The notes under the pieces were generated by a model that was given only the letters and a program-made list of their open reading frames with translations, did not search any database and was not told the DNA's origin. From Trypanosoma brucei (taxonomy: Eukaryota), in NCBI GenBank assembly GCA_000002445.1, contig CM000208.1, positions 1,024,001 to 1,088,000 on the forward strand: a stretch of 64,000 bases of DNA. The letters run 5' to 3'. Of the stretch, positions 22,545-34,548 are shown one piece after another (position 1 is the first letter of the stretch; each line of letters starts with the position of its first letter). The translations under genes were made by a program, and so were the position numbers.

Positions 22545-23608
22545 AACTATGACTAACACACGTGTACCATTACACAAAAAGGAACAAACGCAGATATATA
22601 TGTATATAGCCAGATTTATTTACATGAAACAGCATTATTCTTAGGTAAGTAAGAAGAGACAAACGGGATAAAGAGATAAAGGCAAACCGCCAATTAAAAA
22701 AAAAAATCAGAAAGGGCGGTGCATATTCGAGTACAAGAAAAAAGAGCATAGCACACACTTTTTTCCTTCGCCCGAGGTCAGTTTCATACAAAACCCCTGA
22801 ATGAGATTTGGAAGAATAACCCGCAAAACAAAAATGAAAATTCGTCACGTTATAATTCAAAGTCTTCCCTCCTCCTTATCGTCTTTCAATAATTTTTAGT
22901 ATTCCTTTTTTTTTTTCATCCTTTTCTAAATTTAGTTACTTAACACTCCTTCGCCTCATGCGCATACAACACCGCAATTGAATGCGAAATAGTTATTCGC
23001 TTATTTGCCTCTTCTTTTCTTTTTTCTTTTTTCTTTTTTCTTTTTGCTTATCAAACCCCTCTCTGTGCCAAAACAAGAAGTTAATGGTAAATCCGAATAC
23101 AAAATGAAGGAACGAAGCCAACTCAGTGGATAACAAATGTGTGTAAAATTGTGGCAACACACACCACATATCTCTCATTATTGTACATTCGCCTTCAGCC
23201 ACCAAATGAATATATAAATATATTGCAACATATATGTGCACAACTTACAGACCGGACTTCTGATTGTACCAGTTGCAGCAGTTGTTGCTTCCCTCGAGTA
23301 CTGCAGTACAGAAATTATGAAAATAAGGAAAAATAACGACCACAAATGACACTGACACGGTTAAAAGCAAAGGCAACACAACTGCAACAACAACAACAAC
23401 AGTGAATAATAATTTTTTTATATATATAAAAAGGAAACCGAGGAGGGGGGAAATACATCATCAATGTACGAACAGAAAAAAAAGGATTTTTGTGGAGACG
23501 GCACCGCTCTCAAATAAAAACTTTTAATAACATATAAGTGTAAACTACAAGATTTCCTTCCACTGTCCTCAGGAGGCGGGGCGGCGGGTTTCCGATTGAT
23601 GGTTTCGG

Positions 23609-24076
23609 CTAAGTACATTTTTTCGGATCTCCATTGCTGTTATCCACATTATTATTGTTATTATTATTATAAGTAGTAGTAGCAGTAATAATATTTTTGT
23701 TGCCATCGCTGCCATTCAATACGCGCGCTCTCTCCAACCTCATCCACGAAATAATGAAATCCAGCGGAGCATCGGGTCTCTCCTGCAAAAGTGTTGCAGT
23801 GAGTTTGTCAAAGAGCAGAGGGATTTCGTTCAACTCCAAATAATCTGAAAATTTCAAAGACTCATTACTCGGTTCTTTGCGAAAACTTTTCGCTTTTTCG
23901 TCCTTCTTCTTCTCCTCCTCCTCCTCATTTTCTTTAATCACATCAACATCACAACTGATGGCGTTCAATGATGTATCATCTTGTAAACTTTCATGAGGGT
24001 TTGATTTCTGCTGTTGCTCCTCCAGAACTATTCTTTTCCCACTTTTTAAAGCTGTTCCACGCGACAGCGGCAGCAT
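23609..24076 (-). CDS. Small DPY-30/RIIa-like dimerisation-docking motif protein with poly-Asn tail
   Basis: ATG at rc of 24074-24076. The segment SDYLELNEIPLLFDKLTATLLQERPDAPLDFIISWM fits the DPY-30/RIIa helix-loop-helix pattern (YL...PxL..L..L...RPxDPxxFL). The C-terminal N7 tract is encoded by (TTA)n at 23641-23700. Confidence 0.5.
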   Translation of the reverse strand: MLPLSRGTALKSGKRIVLEEQQQKSNPHESLQDDTSLNAISCDVDVIKENEEEEEKKKDEKAKSFRKEPSNESLKFSDYLELNEIPLLFDKLTATLLQERPDAPLDFIISWMRLERARVLNGSDGNKNIITATTTYNNNNNNNVDNSNGDPKKCT

Positions 24077-25794
24077 TAGAGTTCACTGCTACAGGTATAA
24101 AAGATATATATATATATATAAATGTATATCTGTGTATGTATTTGTATGTGTTCTTTTTTATGTTAATTTGCGGATGTATACAAATATATCTGTAACTTGA
24201 TGCACGTGCAATTGTGGCACTCCGACAATAAGGAAAGTGATACTACAATATATCCTAACTTCACTTACAACCTTCTCTTACCTTTCACTAGGTTTTAGTT
24301 TTCCCTTCTCTTTAAATTTTTCTTTGTTATTCTTTTTTTGTTTGAAAAGTCCTTAAAACTACAGTGTCTGTAACCTCCTAATGTCTCTTTCCTCAGTGCC
24401 TTCGCCCTTCTTTCCGTTCAATCTTTTTTTATTTTTGTTGTTGTTGTTGTTGTTTCTAAAGAAACAAGAATGTGAAATGATTATTTTCTTTCAAAAAAAA
24501 GAACTTGCAAAGGTAAAGAAAAAAAGTTTAATTTGACACAAAGAGTGAATCTACACAATAATTTTTTTATAAAAAACATAATTCATAATTTTGGCACATA
24601 TAAACAAAACAAAAAGGGAATGTAATGAAGAATAGGGTTTAAAGTAGCAGCATCATTTGGTAACTTTGAGAGAACATTAAAAAAAAAGACAGTAAATCTC
24701 ACACGTGTTATATCGCCAAAACAATTCCATTAGTTCTTTCCTTCTTTTTTTTTCAGTCCTTGTGTATCTGTTGTTGCCCTTTGTTTTTCTTTTTTGGTCG
24801 TCGTCGTTGTTGTTGTTTTTCCCACTTACAATTTCGTGAAATTTGCCATGTAAGTTTTTTTTAAAGAAAAAAAAAAGGAATCACTTTGAGATTTGAAACG
24901 GAAAGAGGAGGATAGAGGCGAGCATAAGAAAAAAAAGAAAAAGAAAGTTGCAATGCCGCTCCTTCTGCTAATTTTTAATGAAATATTCAGAAACATCTTC
25001 AAATATTTCGTCATTTCTCTAGAAGAAGAAAAAAAAGGAAAAGGGGGGAAATAGCACACCAATATTAACTGGCGTGTTCTATGGGCACACACACATTAAA
25101 AAAAAAAGAGAGAATTTGTTCAACGCGGCTGCGAAGGTAATTCGCATAAATATATGTCATAACCGTATTCATTTCTCTTTATTTATTTTTGTTTTGTCCA
25201 TCCTTTGACTACTTGGTCGATGGTTTCCTTGTTAACTCTTATTTTTTAAAAAAAAATTTAAAGGAATTTTGTTTTCTCGCCCTTGGTAATTTACTGCTTG
25301 ACTCCTCACAACATATCACACATGTTGGATTGAATAACAAAAGTAACCTCGAGGGTACCAAAAAAAAAAACAGGAAAAAAAACACAGCAGACGACTGAAG
25401 AAAACAAAATCTTCTTTTTTAAAAAACCTTTTTTCTCTCTCTTTTTTTTCTCCCTCTCTCTCTCTCTCTTTCTTTAAAGGAGATAAAAAATAAAATAAAA
25501 CAAAACACCATCACCACCACCACCACTACCCATTTCCATCAAACCGATATTTGATTTATTTTCCCTTTTATATCACCTTTGAGTCATCATCAATTCACTC
25601 ACAATAAGATGAAGTTGTTTTCTCAAAACAAAACAAAAACAAAGAAACACACAAACGCAGAGGTGATTAAACAAAAAGGAGGGTGAAAACAACAGTAAAG
25701 CAAAGCAAAGCAACGCTGAAAACACTGTTAATAATCTATGAATAGCTCACGCCCATTTCACGCGTTGCTCATTTCAAATCAAACAAATGGCAAA

Positions 25795-25832
25795 TCTCTC
25801 TCTCTCTCTCATACACACACACACACACACAT
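25795..25832. repeat. (TC)n(CA)n compound microsatellite
   Basis: Read directly. It lies about 4 nt 3' of the stop of the 25836-27386 gene. Confidence 0.8.
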
Positions 25833-25835
25833 CTT

Positions 25836-27386
25836 CTAAAATTCCTCATCAAAACTAAGTCCTTTCGTGTGATTATCAATGAAGCTTTGTATAAGTGGTA
25901 CCTTCGAATTCTGAATCTGTCCCATTTTACTTCGCCGTAATCCTTCACGCAGTTGTTCAAGACACGTCCCCATGCATTTCCCGCTACCTTTAAGAAATGC
26001 GGACCAATCTCCAGCACCTTTTAACACATCGTTATTAAGTAGAATAAATGTGGGAATTATCTCTACTCCAAAGAACTTATATAATGGTTCCGCAAAGTCC
26101 ATATCAGCCTTTACCACACATGCAAAACTGTGGGGAAATCCCTCCTTCATCATGGTTGGGAGAGAAGCAACAACTCGCATACACGGAGGGCACCATGATG
26201 CACCCATGTAAATAAAAGTGTGAGTTCCAGATGGGGTATCATTCCCCGGAGGGAAAAGCACAGTTTCACCAATTTTACGAAGCAGATGCTCCACCGTATA
26301 CACGGGAGCAAGCAGTGAAAGGGAATGCAACTGGTCAACAGTTTGAAGTTCCTTCACTACTAAGGGTTTCCCATACGGCGGAACCGATCCAACCTCAGAT
26401 TGAATGGCCTCATATGAACCCATTGCAGTAATATCGCCATACTCATCCACCGGACCTCCTGCAACTCGCCACATCACCATGGAGGGAAGTGTTAGTTCAT
26501 GATGACAAATTTCATCTTTTGCGGATGATTGGGCGGATGATGCGACGTTTTCAAATTCCACTTGCGCTCCAGCGCTCGAGTGTTTGATCGAAAGGGATTG
26601 GGAAGGACCCTCCGCGGAGGGTGTTCCATTCAATAAACTGTTAAGATCAAGAATTTTTGTTACTCTTTGAAGGATCACATCTCCGACGCGGTCAACAGAT
26701 GCTGAATTCGGTGTAATTTGGGCGCCAGCACCGGACCGTTCCGCGAGCGGAAGAGCACTAAGATCCAGGCAAAATATACGGCATGCGGAAAGTTTTTTCG
26801 TCACATTTCCCAGCATACCCTCTATTTCCTCTTTGTTGCTGTGAAGCACAACAAAGACAGTTTCGCCTGCACAAAGCTGCAGGAGCGGCGCCTTAGCCTG
26901 AGCCTCTAGTTGCACTGGAGGTGTGTGAAATAATTCCTTCAGTTGCTGTAATGTGTGGAGTGTTGTGATTGCACCATCAACAGACGCGGTACTGTTAGTA
27001 CATTCAGCGTGAAGCAAAGTTTTTTGTCCGTTAGAAACTGGAACGTCAGGTCGACTGTCCACACCGACTTGAAGCTTTCCACCAAGTTGCGCAGGACTTT
27101 TGAAAAGTTCACATACTTCCCCTTCGCATTCATCATTACTATCATCATTTTGACTTCCAACCATGTTGCTGTTGTTGCTGACTGAACGTTTCATAGAACT
27201 TTGGGAGTTGAAGTCCACATCTCTCAGTAATGTAGCGGTAACTCCTAAAGATTTATTGTCAGTTTCCGCCACAACAGTTCCGTTAAAAGATTTTTTTGAT
27301 ACGTTTCCTCCCGAGAAGGAACCTGCTAATATCGGTTCTACGGCTGTTTCATGCTCACGAGGGCGCTTGGAAGAAGCACCTACCAT
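25836..27386 (-). CDS. Protein with C-terminal tryparedoxin/thioredoxin-fold domain (WCPPC active-site motif) and ~360-aa N-terminal extension
   Basis: FIYMGASWCPPCMRVVASL carries the tryparedoxin-type WCPPC motif, followed by a thioredoxin-fold-like tail (FGVEIIPTFILL). The ORF-track start at 27446 is GTG. The first ATG is at rc of 27384-27386 (MVGASSKRP...). Confidence 0.65.
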   Translation of the reverse strand: MVGASSKRPREHETAVEPILAGSFSGGNVSKKSFNGTVVAETDNKSLGVTATLLRDVDFNSQSSMKRSVSNNSNMVGSQNDDSNDECEGEVCELFKSPAQLGGKLQVGVDSRPDVPVSNGQKTLLHAECTNSTASVDGAITTLHTLQQLKELFHTPPVQLEAQAKAPLLQLCAGETVFVVLHSNKEEIEGMLGNVTKKLSACRIFCLDLSALPLAERSGAGAQITPNSASVDRVGDVILQRVTKILDLNSLLNGTPSAEGPSQSLSIKHSSAGAQVEFENVASSAQSSAKDEICHHELTLPSMVMWRVAGGPVDEYGDITAMGSYEAIQSEVGSVPPYGKPLVVKELQTVDQLHSLSLLAPVYTVEHLLRKIGETVLFPPGNDTPSGTHTFIYMGASWCPPCMRVVASLPTMMKEGFPHSFACVVKADMDFAEPLYKFFGVEIIPTFILLNNDVLKGAGDWSAFLKGSGKCMGTCLEQLREGLRRSKMGQIQNSKVPLIQSFIDNHTKGLSFDEEF

Positions 27387-28679
27387 GTTCTCAATGAAAT
27401 AATGGATTTTTTTTAAAAAAAAGACAAAAAATGTGGCGGCACACACAACAGGGAGGGGAAAAAAAAAGAAGTGACAGTTTATAACTCCTTATTTGAGTCC
27501 TAATCTTTACCGAATGTTGCCAACCTTTGTGTTTGCCTTTTCTTACGTGTACAACAAACAGAATATATATATATATATATGTGTGTGTATGATTATATAT
27601 GAATGTAAATTTATGTATTGCGGTTTTTAAAAATATATATATCTATATGATCAATCCACACGAAGAAGAGAATATAAAATATGTGAAGTGTGAAAGTAAA
27701 TGAATACATACACAAATAAAACACACAACAGGCATCTTTCTGCTTTATGATTACCCAAACGCATACAAATACGCGTCAATGAAACAAAGAATAATACAGC
27801 TTTGAAGTAGTCGTTCAGGTACATTAAAATATATATATATATATATATATTGATAGGGGAAAAACATATGGAAATGGGAGAATACCATGAAGTCACGCAA
27901 ATGCTTCAAATCTCACGGTATCATCGTCACTCCATACATGCATCACTTTCTTTTCCCCCCTTTTTTTTTAAACAAGAAACAAGTCAATAAATAATTCAGT
28001 TGATTGTAAGTTAACTCTCCATAACCTTCCACAGAAACTAATATATATATATATATATATATACACGTAGATATATAAAGATGGCGTCTGCTTCGCTCTT
28101 CCTTTCTTCAATTGCCTTCGACTTCGGCGTGTTGTTGGACATTCACGGCATTTGAGTCCTTTACTCCAACACCAGTGCAATAATAATTTTTAAGAAAAAA
28201 ATCAATTAAGTTAAATTAAAGTCACCAAAACGAATTTTTGTCAACAGATGGGGAAAAACAAACACTTTTGCGGCACAAAAAGGCAGAGTTGGTGCTTCAT
28301 TATAATTTTCCGTGCACGGACACTAAGTTCGAGAACACTCTCCAATATTTCTGATAGCTTCCTTTTGTTTAATATAATATATATTAATAAATAAATAATA
28401 TATATATATATATATATATGCATCCTAACTTTCTAAACGTAGGAAACCCACTTGTTTTTTGCTTATTTTTGTGATGTTTATCTTCGATTACAGAACGTTA
28501 GTTGTACTGCCTTAAGTAATGAAAGGGAGAAGAACAAAAAACAAAAAAGAAAAGAATTGAAAATTAAGTTTAATAGTTTAGAGATGTATCAAAATAATTT
28601 TTTTAAAAAAGTTGAGAAGTGTTTGAGAAACCGCCAGTCACGTTATCATTTTTAAGTGATCTGATACGATTTCTTCCTT

Positions 28680-31340
28680 CAGCGTGTTCATCTTTTTTTT
28701 TGTTTTTTTTTGTTTGTGGACGTTTGGGTGTTTGTATTTGTTGTTCTCTCCTCTCCTGTTCTCTCAGGCTACAAATCTCAATACATTCTCAGTCGTAACA
28801 GTAACAAGGCAGGAAAAAAAAAATTCAAAGAAGAGAAATGATTAAAAAAAAAAAAATAAAAACACACACTCACACACACAAGGATTGGAGATGGGGGAAA
28901 AGAAAAAAAAGAGAAGAAGTAATGCGACACGAGATGACATGAAAAGATGAGAGAACAAACAACCACCCGACTCTGCAGGAACAAAATCACAACATCACCT
29001 TACGCTTACTCACTATCCCTTAGCAATTCCTTTTTCACTTTCTTTCCTTCCCTTTTTCTGTGTATTTTTTTCTTTTTTTTTTCCTTCTCGTTCCTATTCT
29101 TTTTTACTTTTCCTCCACATCTTTTTTGTTTTTTTTTAATTTTTCTACACCCACTTTTTTTTTTGTTGTTACCTTCCTTCTCATTTTTGTTCGTATTTTT
29201 TTTTTTAAAAGTATTAAGTAAACCAACCTCCCTCATTTCATCTTCATCATTCCCTTCTTCCCTCATAAAAATAAAAAGCAAAAAAAAAAAAAAAAAGAAA
29301 ACACACACACACAAGAAAAAAAAGAAAGAAAGAAAAAAAAAGAAAAGAAAAAAGAAACAAACACATAAAGAAACACAGGGGTAACACTGGAGGTCCCGTG
29401 TACTTCCTTATTCTTTTTTTTTCTTTACTCTTCTTGTTCTTGTTCTTGTTCTTGTTGTCGTATTTCATTTCGGTTACCGTTTCTTTTTTTTTTCTTTGCA
29501 TGTTTGTGTGGTTTCTCGTTCCCTTTTCTTTCTTTTTTTTCTTTCCTTCTTTTTTTTTCCTTGCTTCATTGTTTCCTTCTTTTTTTTCTTTTCTCTCTCT
29601 CTCTCTCTCTCTGATATTTCTTCTTCTTTTGTTGTTGTTTTCCTCCTTTTTGTATGTTTTCTTCTTCCTCTTTTTTTTCTTCCCCCTTTTTAGAAAGAAA
29701 AAAACACACACACACATATACACACTCACGTACACACACACAAAAAGAAAAAAGAAAAAAAACAACTTCTTTTTCCCTTTTTTTTTTCGCCTTCTCCTCC
29801 ACCTTTTCATGTACTCATTTCTCTACTGATGCGCATGCGCTTGTACACACACACACAAAAATATATATAAATATATATAAATATATATGTATGTGTGTAT
29901 GTAAATATATGTGTGTATGTGTTTTCAATAATGTTATTAGTGGCGTGTTGGTGTTAGTGTTGGTGCTGCTGATAGAATGTCTCCTCTTCTTTTATTCCTT
30001 TTTTTTTCTTCTTTTCGTTTCTTATTTTATTTTTTTTTTCTTTCTCCCTCGCCATCTTTATGTACTTTTTTCTTTTCCTTTTCCTGAACATCGCTCTTTT
30101 TCAATTTGAATTTCACTTGTTCAGGTATTTGGTCACTGAAACACTTTTTTTTTCCTATTTTACTCTTTTTTTTTTCTTCTTCTTCGCATGTTGATATATT
30201 TTTATATTATTCTCCTTTCGTACTCCTAATTTTTATTTTGTTTATCACAGAACCGGACTTTCCCTTTTTGTGTGCGTGTGATTTTTTCTTTTTTTTTCTT
30301 ATTTATTTATTTATTTCCTTTCCCTTTTTCGCTTTTTCTCCTTGCTTTGTTTTTACATTTTTTTCCTTTTTTTTTTAGTTTTCTCAAACCCCCTCTTCCG
30401 TCCTCACTTTTGCTCTCAATACATTTGGCTCGTTTCTTTGTTTTTTTGGGGGGGAAATTATTTTTTAAATTCCTTTTTTTTTTTTACTGTTTTGTTTTGT
30501 GTTATTTCGGCAGGATTATTCTTTCCCTTTTTCTTTTTTGCCTCACTCTCTTTTTTTTTCTTTTATCCCCTTAAATCCTATTACCTCTTTTTTCTTTTTT
30601 TAAATGCGAATGTACAAAAAATATTCCACACCCATCTTCTATGAGGGGAAAGAAAAAAAAATTAACTCTTCATTGATTTCCTCACGTATTCCCGTTTGTT
30701 GAGAGCGTCGTTCCCTTTTCTTTTCTTTTTTTAAATTATTTATTTCCTTTTATTTATTTATTTCCCCACACCCTCCCTCCCTCCCTCCCTCCCTCTTTTA
30801 TTCGTTCCTCTCTAATCCACTTTTTCCTCTTTCTCTTCTTTGCTCCGCTGCTTCATCCTTCCCATTCACTCGCAAATTCCGACACGACACTCATAAAGTT
30901 AAAAAGCATGTGAGTGGGTTTTTAAAGAGAAATTAAAAAAGAAAAACGTAGAAAAGAGAAAAAAGAAAAAACGATCCAACCAAATACTCAAACGGAAATT
31001 TTAAAGAAAAAAATACACAAGCGGAGACAACAATGACGACATAAAGAGGAAATGAAGTAGAAGGAGGCACGAAGTAAAGCATGAGAGCGGGGAAGGGGAA
31101 GGGGGGAAAGAAAAAAAAACAAAACAGTATGAAACAAACAACTTTAACACCAAGACACGTAGACCGAAACACAAACAGACAAGCACAAACACAAACACAC
31201 ATATAAACATAAACATACACATACACAAACATATATATATATATATATATATACAGACAGGCGGAAAAAGAAAAACAAAACACATAAGATAGGCACAAAC
31301 ACGTACACCGGAAGCACATGAAATGAGTCCATACAGGAAA
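28680..31340. repeat. Low-complexity mosaic of alternating homopyrimidine (CT-rich) and homopurine (GA-rich) blocks with embedded (TA)n, (TG)n, (CT)n, (CCCT)n
   Basis: Approximate block map: 28990-29260 T/C-rich, 29265-29390 A/G-rich, 29400-29690 T/C-rich, 29960-30660 T/C-rich, 30770-30795 (CCCT)n, 30930-31340 A/G- and (AC)-rich. ORFs called here are translation artefacts of these blocks. Confidence 0.85.
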
Positions 31341-31377
31341 AGGGGATGAGAATGTGTGCGTGTGTGTGTGTGTGGTA

Positions 31378-32598
31378 TTACGCGGTGTACAGCTCAGGAT
31401 CGACTTCAGCAGGGATCGGTTTGATTTCCGTGTCGAGTTCCTGCTCAATGCGATAGACATTATGGCGGTCTTCATAAGTCACGAAGTTAATGGCGAGTCC
31501 CAAGTGACCGAAACGGCCAGATCGGCCAATGCGGTGAAGGTAAGTCTCCGCGTATTTGGGGAAGTCGAAGTTGATCACCACATTCACAGCCTGAATGTCG
31601 ATACCGCGAGTAATCAAATCAGAGCAAACCAGGTTACGGCAGTGGCCCTCACGAAAGTCGTGAAAGACACGGTTTCGATGTTGCTGCTGCATGCGCGCAT
31701 GAATGTAGTAGCAGCTATACCCAAGCTGAGTGATTTTCTTTGCCAGTAATTCCACACGGTTGACGCTATTGCAGAAAATAATAGATTGATTGATCTGCAG
31801 ACGGTTGAAAAGTGTGTTAAGGCAGTGAATTTTTTGTCGCTCTTCGACGAATGCGTAGTACTGTGTCACACCACGCAGCGTCAGCTCCTCCATGAGATTG
31901 ATTTCGTAAGGGTTGCGCAGATACTTGTCCGCAAAGTCCTTGACTGTGACGGGGAACGTAGCTGAAAAGAGCAACGACTGACGACCTTTGGGTAAGAAAC
32001 CGTAGAGATCCCTCATAAGACTCGTGAACTCCTGCGACAACAGCTTGTCAGCCTCGTCAAGAACAATAATACGGCAGTGATCGAGTTTCGCCGTCCCTTT
32101 ACTAGCGAGATCCACCGCACGCCCAGGTGTGGCCACAAGCACGTGCACCACACTCTGCAGGCGCAAAATATCATCACGGAGTGTTGTTCCACCAGTTGTG
32201 ACCATAACCTCCAACCCGGTGATGTGCTTGCCAAGCTCTTTTGTCACCTGAGCCGTCTGTAGCGCGAGTTCGCGAGTGGGAACCATGAGGAGCGCCTGGA
32301 TATGAGGCAACTGCGTGTCGACCTTCTCCAATACGGGAATGACGAAGGAAGCCGTTTTTCCCGTGCCGTTTTTGGCACGTGCTAGCACATCTTTTCCCTG
32401 CAGGGCCACAGGAATGGCCTCCTCCTGCACCGGACTGGGCCGTTCGAAGCCCTTCTCGAAGATACCCATCTGGAGCTCACGTCGGAGCCCATACTCCTCA
32501 AAGGTAACATTACGCCGAGACTCCACGTCTTCTGTCTTCTTTCGCACATCTTTAGTTGGCGCTTTCAAACCTTCCCTCCAATCATCATCGGTTACCAT
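31378..32598 (-). CDS. DHH1: ATP-dependent DEAD-box RNA helicase DHH1 (DDX6/Me31B/RCK family)
   Basis: Complete helicase motif set: Q-motif region [43 protein letters not shown] as [22 protein letters not shown]. The DDX6-specific C-terminus is present: [54 protein letters not shown]. The ORF-track start at 32808 is GTG. The first ATG is at rc of 32596-32598 ([21 protein letters not shown], cf. the yeast Dhh1 N-terminus). Confidence 0.9.
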   Translation of the reverse strand: MVTDDDWREGLKAPTKDVRKKTEDVESRRNVTFEEYGLRRELQMGIFEKGFERPSPVQEEAIPVALQGKDVLARAKNGTGKTASFVIPVLEKVDTQLPHIQALLMVPTRELALQTAQVTKELGKHITGLEVMVTTGGTTLRDDILRLQSVVHVLVATPGRAVDLASKGTAKLDHCRIIVLDEADKLLSQEFTSLMRDLYGFLPKGRQSLLFSATFPVTVKDFADKYLRNPYEINLMEELTLRGVTQYYAFVEERQKIHCLNTLFNRLQINQSIIFCNSVNRVELLAKKITQLGYSCYYIHARMQQQHRNRVFHDFREGHCRNLVCSDLITRGIDIQAVNVVINFDFPKYAETYLHRIGRSGRFGHLGLAINFVTYEDRHNVYRIEQELDTEIKPIPAEVDPELYTA

Positions 32599-33207
32599 CG
32601 TATTCGTTGCTGTTGTTAGGTTGGGATGTATTATTCTCTGTGGGGGTGTATACGCGACTGTGGGCGTATGTTGTGTGATATTCTTGTATGGAGACTGCTT
32701 CACTTCCCCACACTTTTCACTTTTTGTTGCCGATTGTTTGTTTCGGTATGCAAATCCTTCTTCGCAGTGTATGCTTTTGCTTCCCTTACTTGTACTCTTC
32801 CCTGTCACTTTCCTGCTTTTACCCCTTTGTATATATCTGCTGTCTACAACTATTTTTCTTCCCTTCTTATAGTAGACCTAGTGATGCACACCATAGGAAG
32901 CAAAAAGGGGGAAGAAAACAACAGTAGGATCATAAATATTGATGCAGTTCATCAGCTACAAGGTGAAACGCGCCGTGTGAGTGAGTGGCACTTTAAAATT
33001 AATAGTTATGTATGTGTGCCCGCACGTACACATGGGGAAAAGCTAAACAAACTGGTCGGAAGACGAGATGACAAAAAAAAATAAGGAACTTCGCTCCATA
33101 GTAAATGAATAGGTTAGAAAACATACGAACACAAATAGCATTACAGGTAACATAAAATACCCTAAAAAAACGCCGGTAGCGCACACAATTGCCCTTCCCC
33201 GAGTTCA

Positions 33208-34041
33208 TCATTTACCAACATATCTGGGTGGTCGCTTCTCCGCAAAAGCCTGCAGTCCCTCCATGCGGTCTTGTGTCTCCATCAGCGATTGGCTTAATCT
33301 CAACTCACCGTCCAATGCCTCGTCACGTGGCCGCCCAAACCCACCGCGCACCGCCGCCTTTGCAGCTGCTACGGCAACCGGGCCGTTGCGTGCTATTCGG
33401 CCAGCTACCGCCAGTGCAGCTTCCGAGGCACCACCAGCAGGCACTAATTCAGTAACGAGACCAAGGCGCTGCGCCCGCTCCGCAGGTACGACATCAGCTG
33501 TTAAAATCAACTGCAAGGCATTACTAAGCCCCATCACAAGTGGTGCCCGGTACGTTCCACCAGCTCCAGGAATAATGGCGAGGCCCGTTTCCGGTAACCC
33601 GAAACGTGCACCCGCTCCAGCAATGCGAATGTCTGTACACAATGCCAACTCGCAGCCACCACCCAGAGCCGCTCCTTCAATTGCACTTATTGTTGGCTGA
33701 GATAGGTCCTCCAGTGCAGTAAGGGTGTCACGCTGCTCCTCCACATACGCACGGGACTCCACTAAAGTCATACCACGTCGCTCCTTAAGATCAGCCCCTG
33801 CGCAGAAAACCCCGTCAACACGGCTCTCCACAATGACACAGCGAATCAGGTTTTCAGGGTTGCGGCAGTAACAAATACACTCCTTTAGCTCACTCAGAAG
33901 CTGTCGACCAATGGCGTTCTTACGAGCGGGTCTGTTGAGTCCAATGAGACCGATATGCTCACCTACACGCGTGAGGGAACACTCACCATCACGAACAACC
34001 TGTGCGACTGCACCCGCAAGCAAAACCGGACAACGGCGCAT
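33208..34041 (-). CDS. Enoyl-CoA hydratase/isomerase (crotonase) family protein, probable mitochondrial
   Basis: GLIGLNRPARKNA, VFCAGADLKER, AIEGAALGGGCELALCTDIRIAGAGARFGLPETGLAIIPGAGGT carry the oxyanion-hole and catalytic Glu motifs of ECH. ATG at rc of 34039-34041. The N-terminus MRRCPVLLAG is presequence-like. Confidence 0.8.
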   Translation of the reverse strand: MRRCPVLLAGAVAQVVRDGECSLTRVGEHIGLIGLNRPARKNAIGRQLLSELKECICYCRNPENLIRCVIVESRVDGVFCAGADLKERRGMTLVESRAYVEEQRDTLTALEDLSQPTISAIEGAALGGGCELALCTDIRIAGAGARFGLPETGLAIIPGAGGTYRAPLVMGLSNALQLILTADVVPAERAQRLGLVTELVPAGGASEAALAVAGRIARNGPVAVAAAKAAVRGGFGRPRDEALDGELRLSQSLMETQDRMEGLQAFAEKRPPRYVGK

Positions 34042-34548
34042 GGCTCCGAAGTTTCGACAAACAAAAGTGGATATCGTTTCGTCACTTAACTTTCTTTTAT
34101 AATTTTATTCAAAGGACAAATGAACCACACACTACTCCAAGAAATCTCCACTAAACCCGTCTCTCCAACTCTCCTCTCCCTTCCTTGAATCACTGCCTAT
34201 AGGTCGACGTATTATCGATGTTCCTCACTTCCCTCACAGTCAGATGTTGTCTACCTAGTCCTAACGGTAAAAGCGCAGGCAAACAAGGAAAACAGGAAAG
34301 GGGGAGAAACCTGTTGAAAACACAACGAGCACGGGGGACTATATAGGAGCGACGAGCACGCCTTCCAGCTCATGTGCCGCTAGTCCGCACCGTTAATGAA
34401 CCAGAGTTTTTTTTTGGGGGGGGGGGAGGAAGAGAGAATATGTGCTATTCTTCCAACTCCCCCCCCCATTTAGTGTAATCTCCTCAACGGGAAACGGGAT
34501 TGTGACAGCAGTTCGTTAAAATTACACCGTCAAAACACTTAGATCGCA

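Noticed and set aside
28947-30644. Numerous 100-190-aa ORFs on both strands in the CT/GA-rich block, e.g. 28947-29384 and 29247-29810.
   Set aside because: Their translations are poly-F/L/S or poly-K/E/R from homopolymeric DNA. There is no complexity and no start/stop context.
31378-32808. ORF-track N-terminal residues shown as M at 32808, 21870, 27446, 47660, 53285, 56899 and 13733.
   Set aside because: The underlying codons are GTG or TTG (checked base by base). Non-AUG initiation is not assumed, so starts were moved to the first in-frame ATG.
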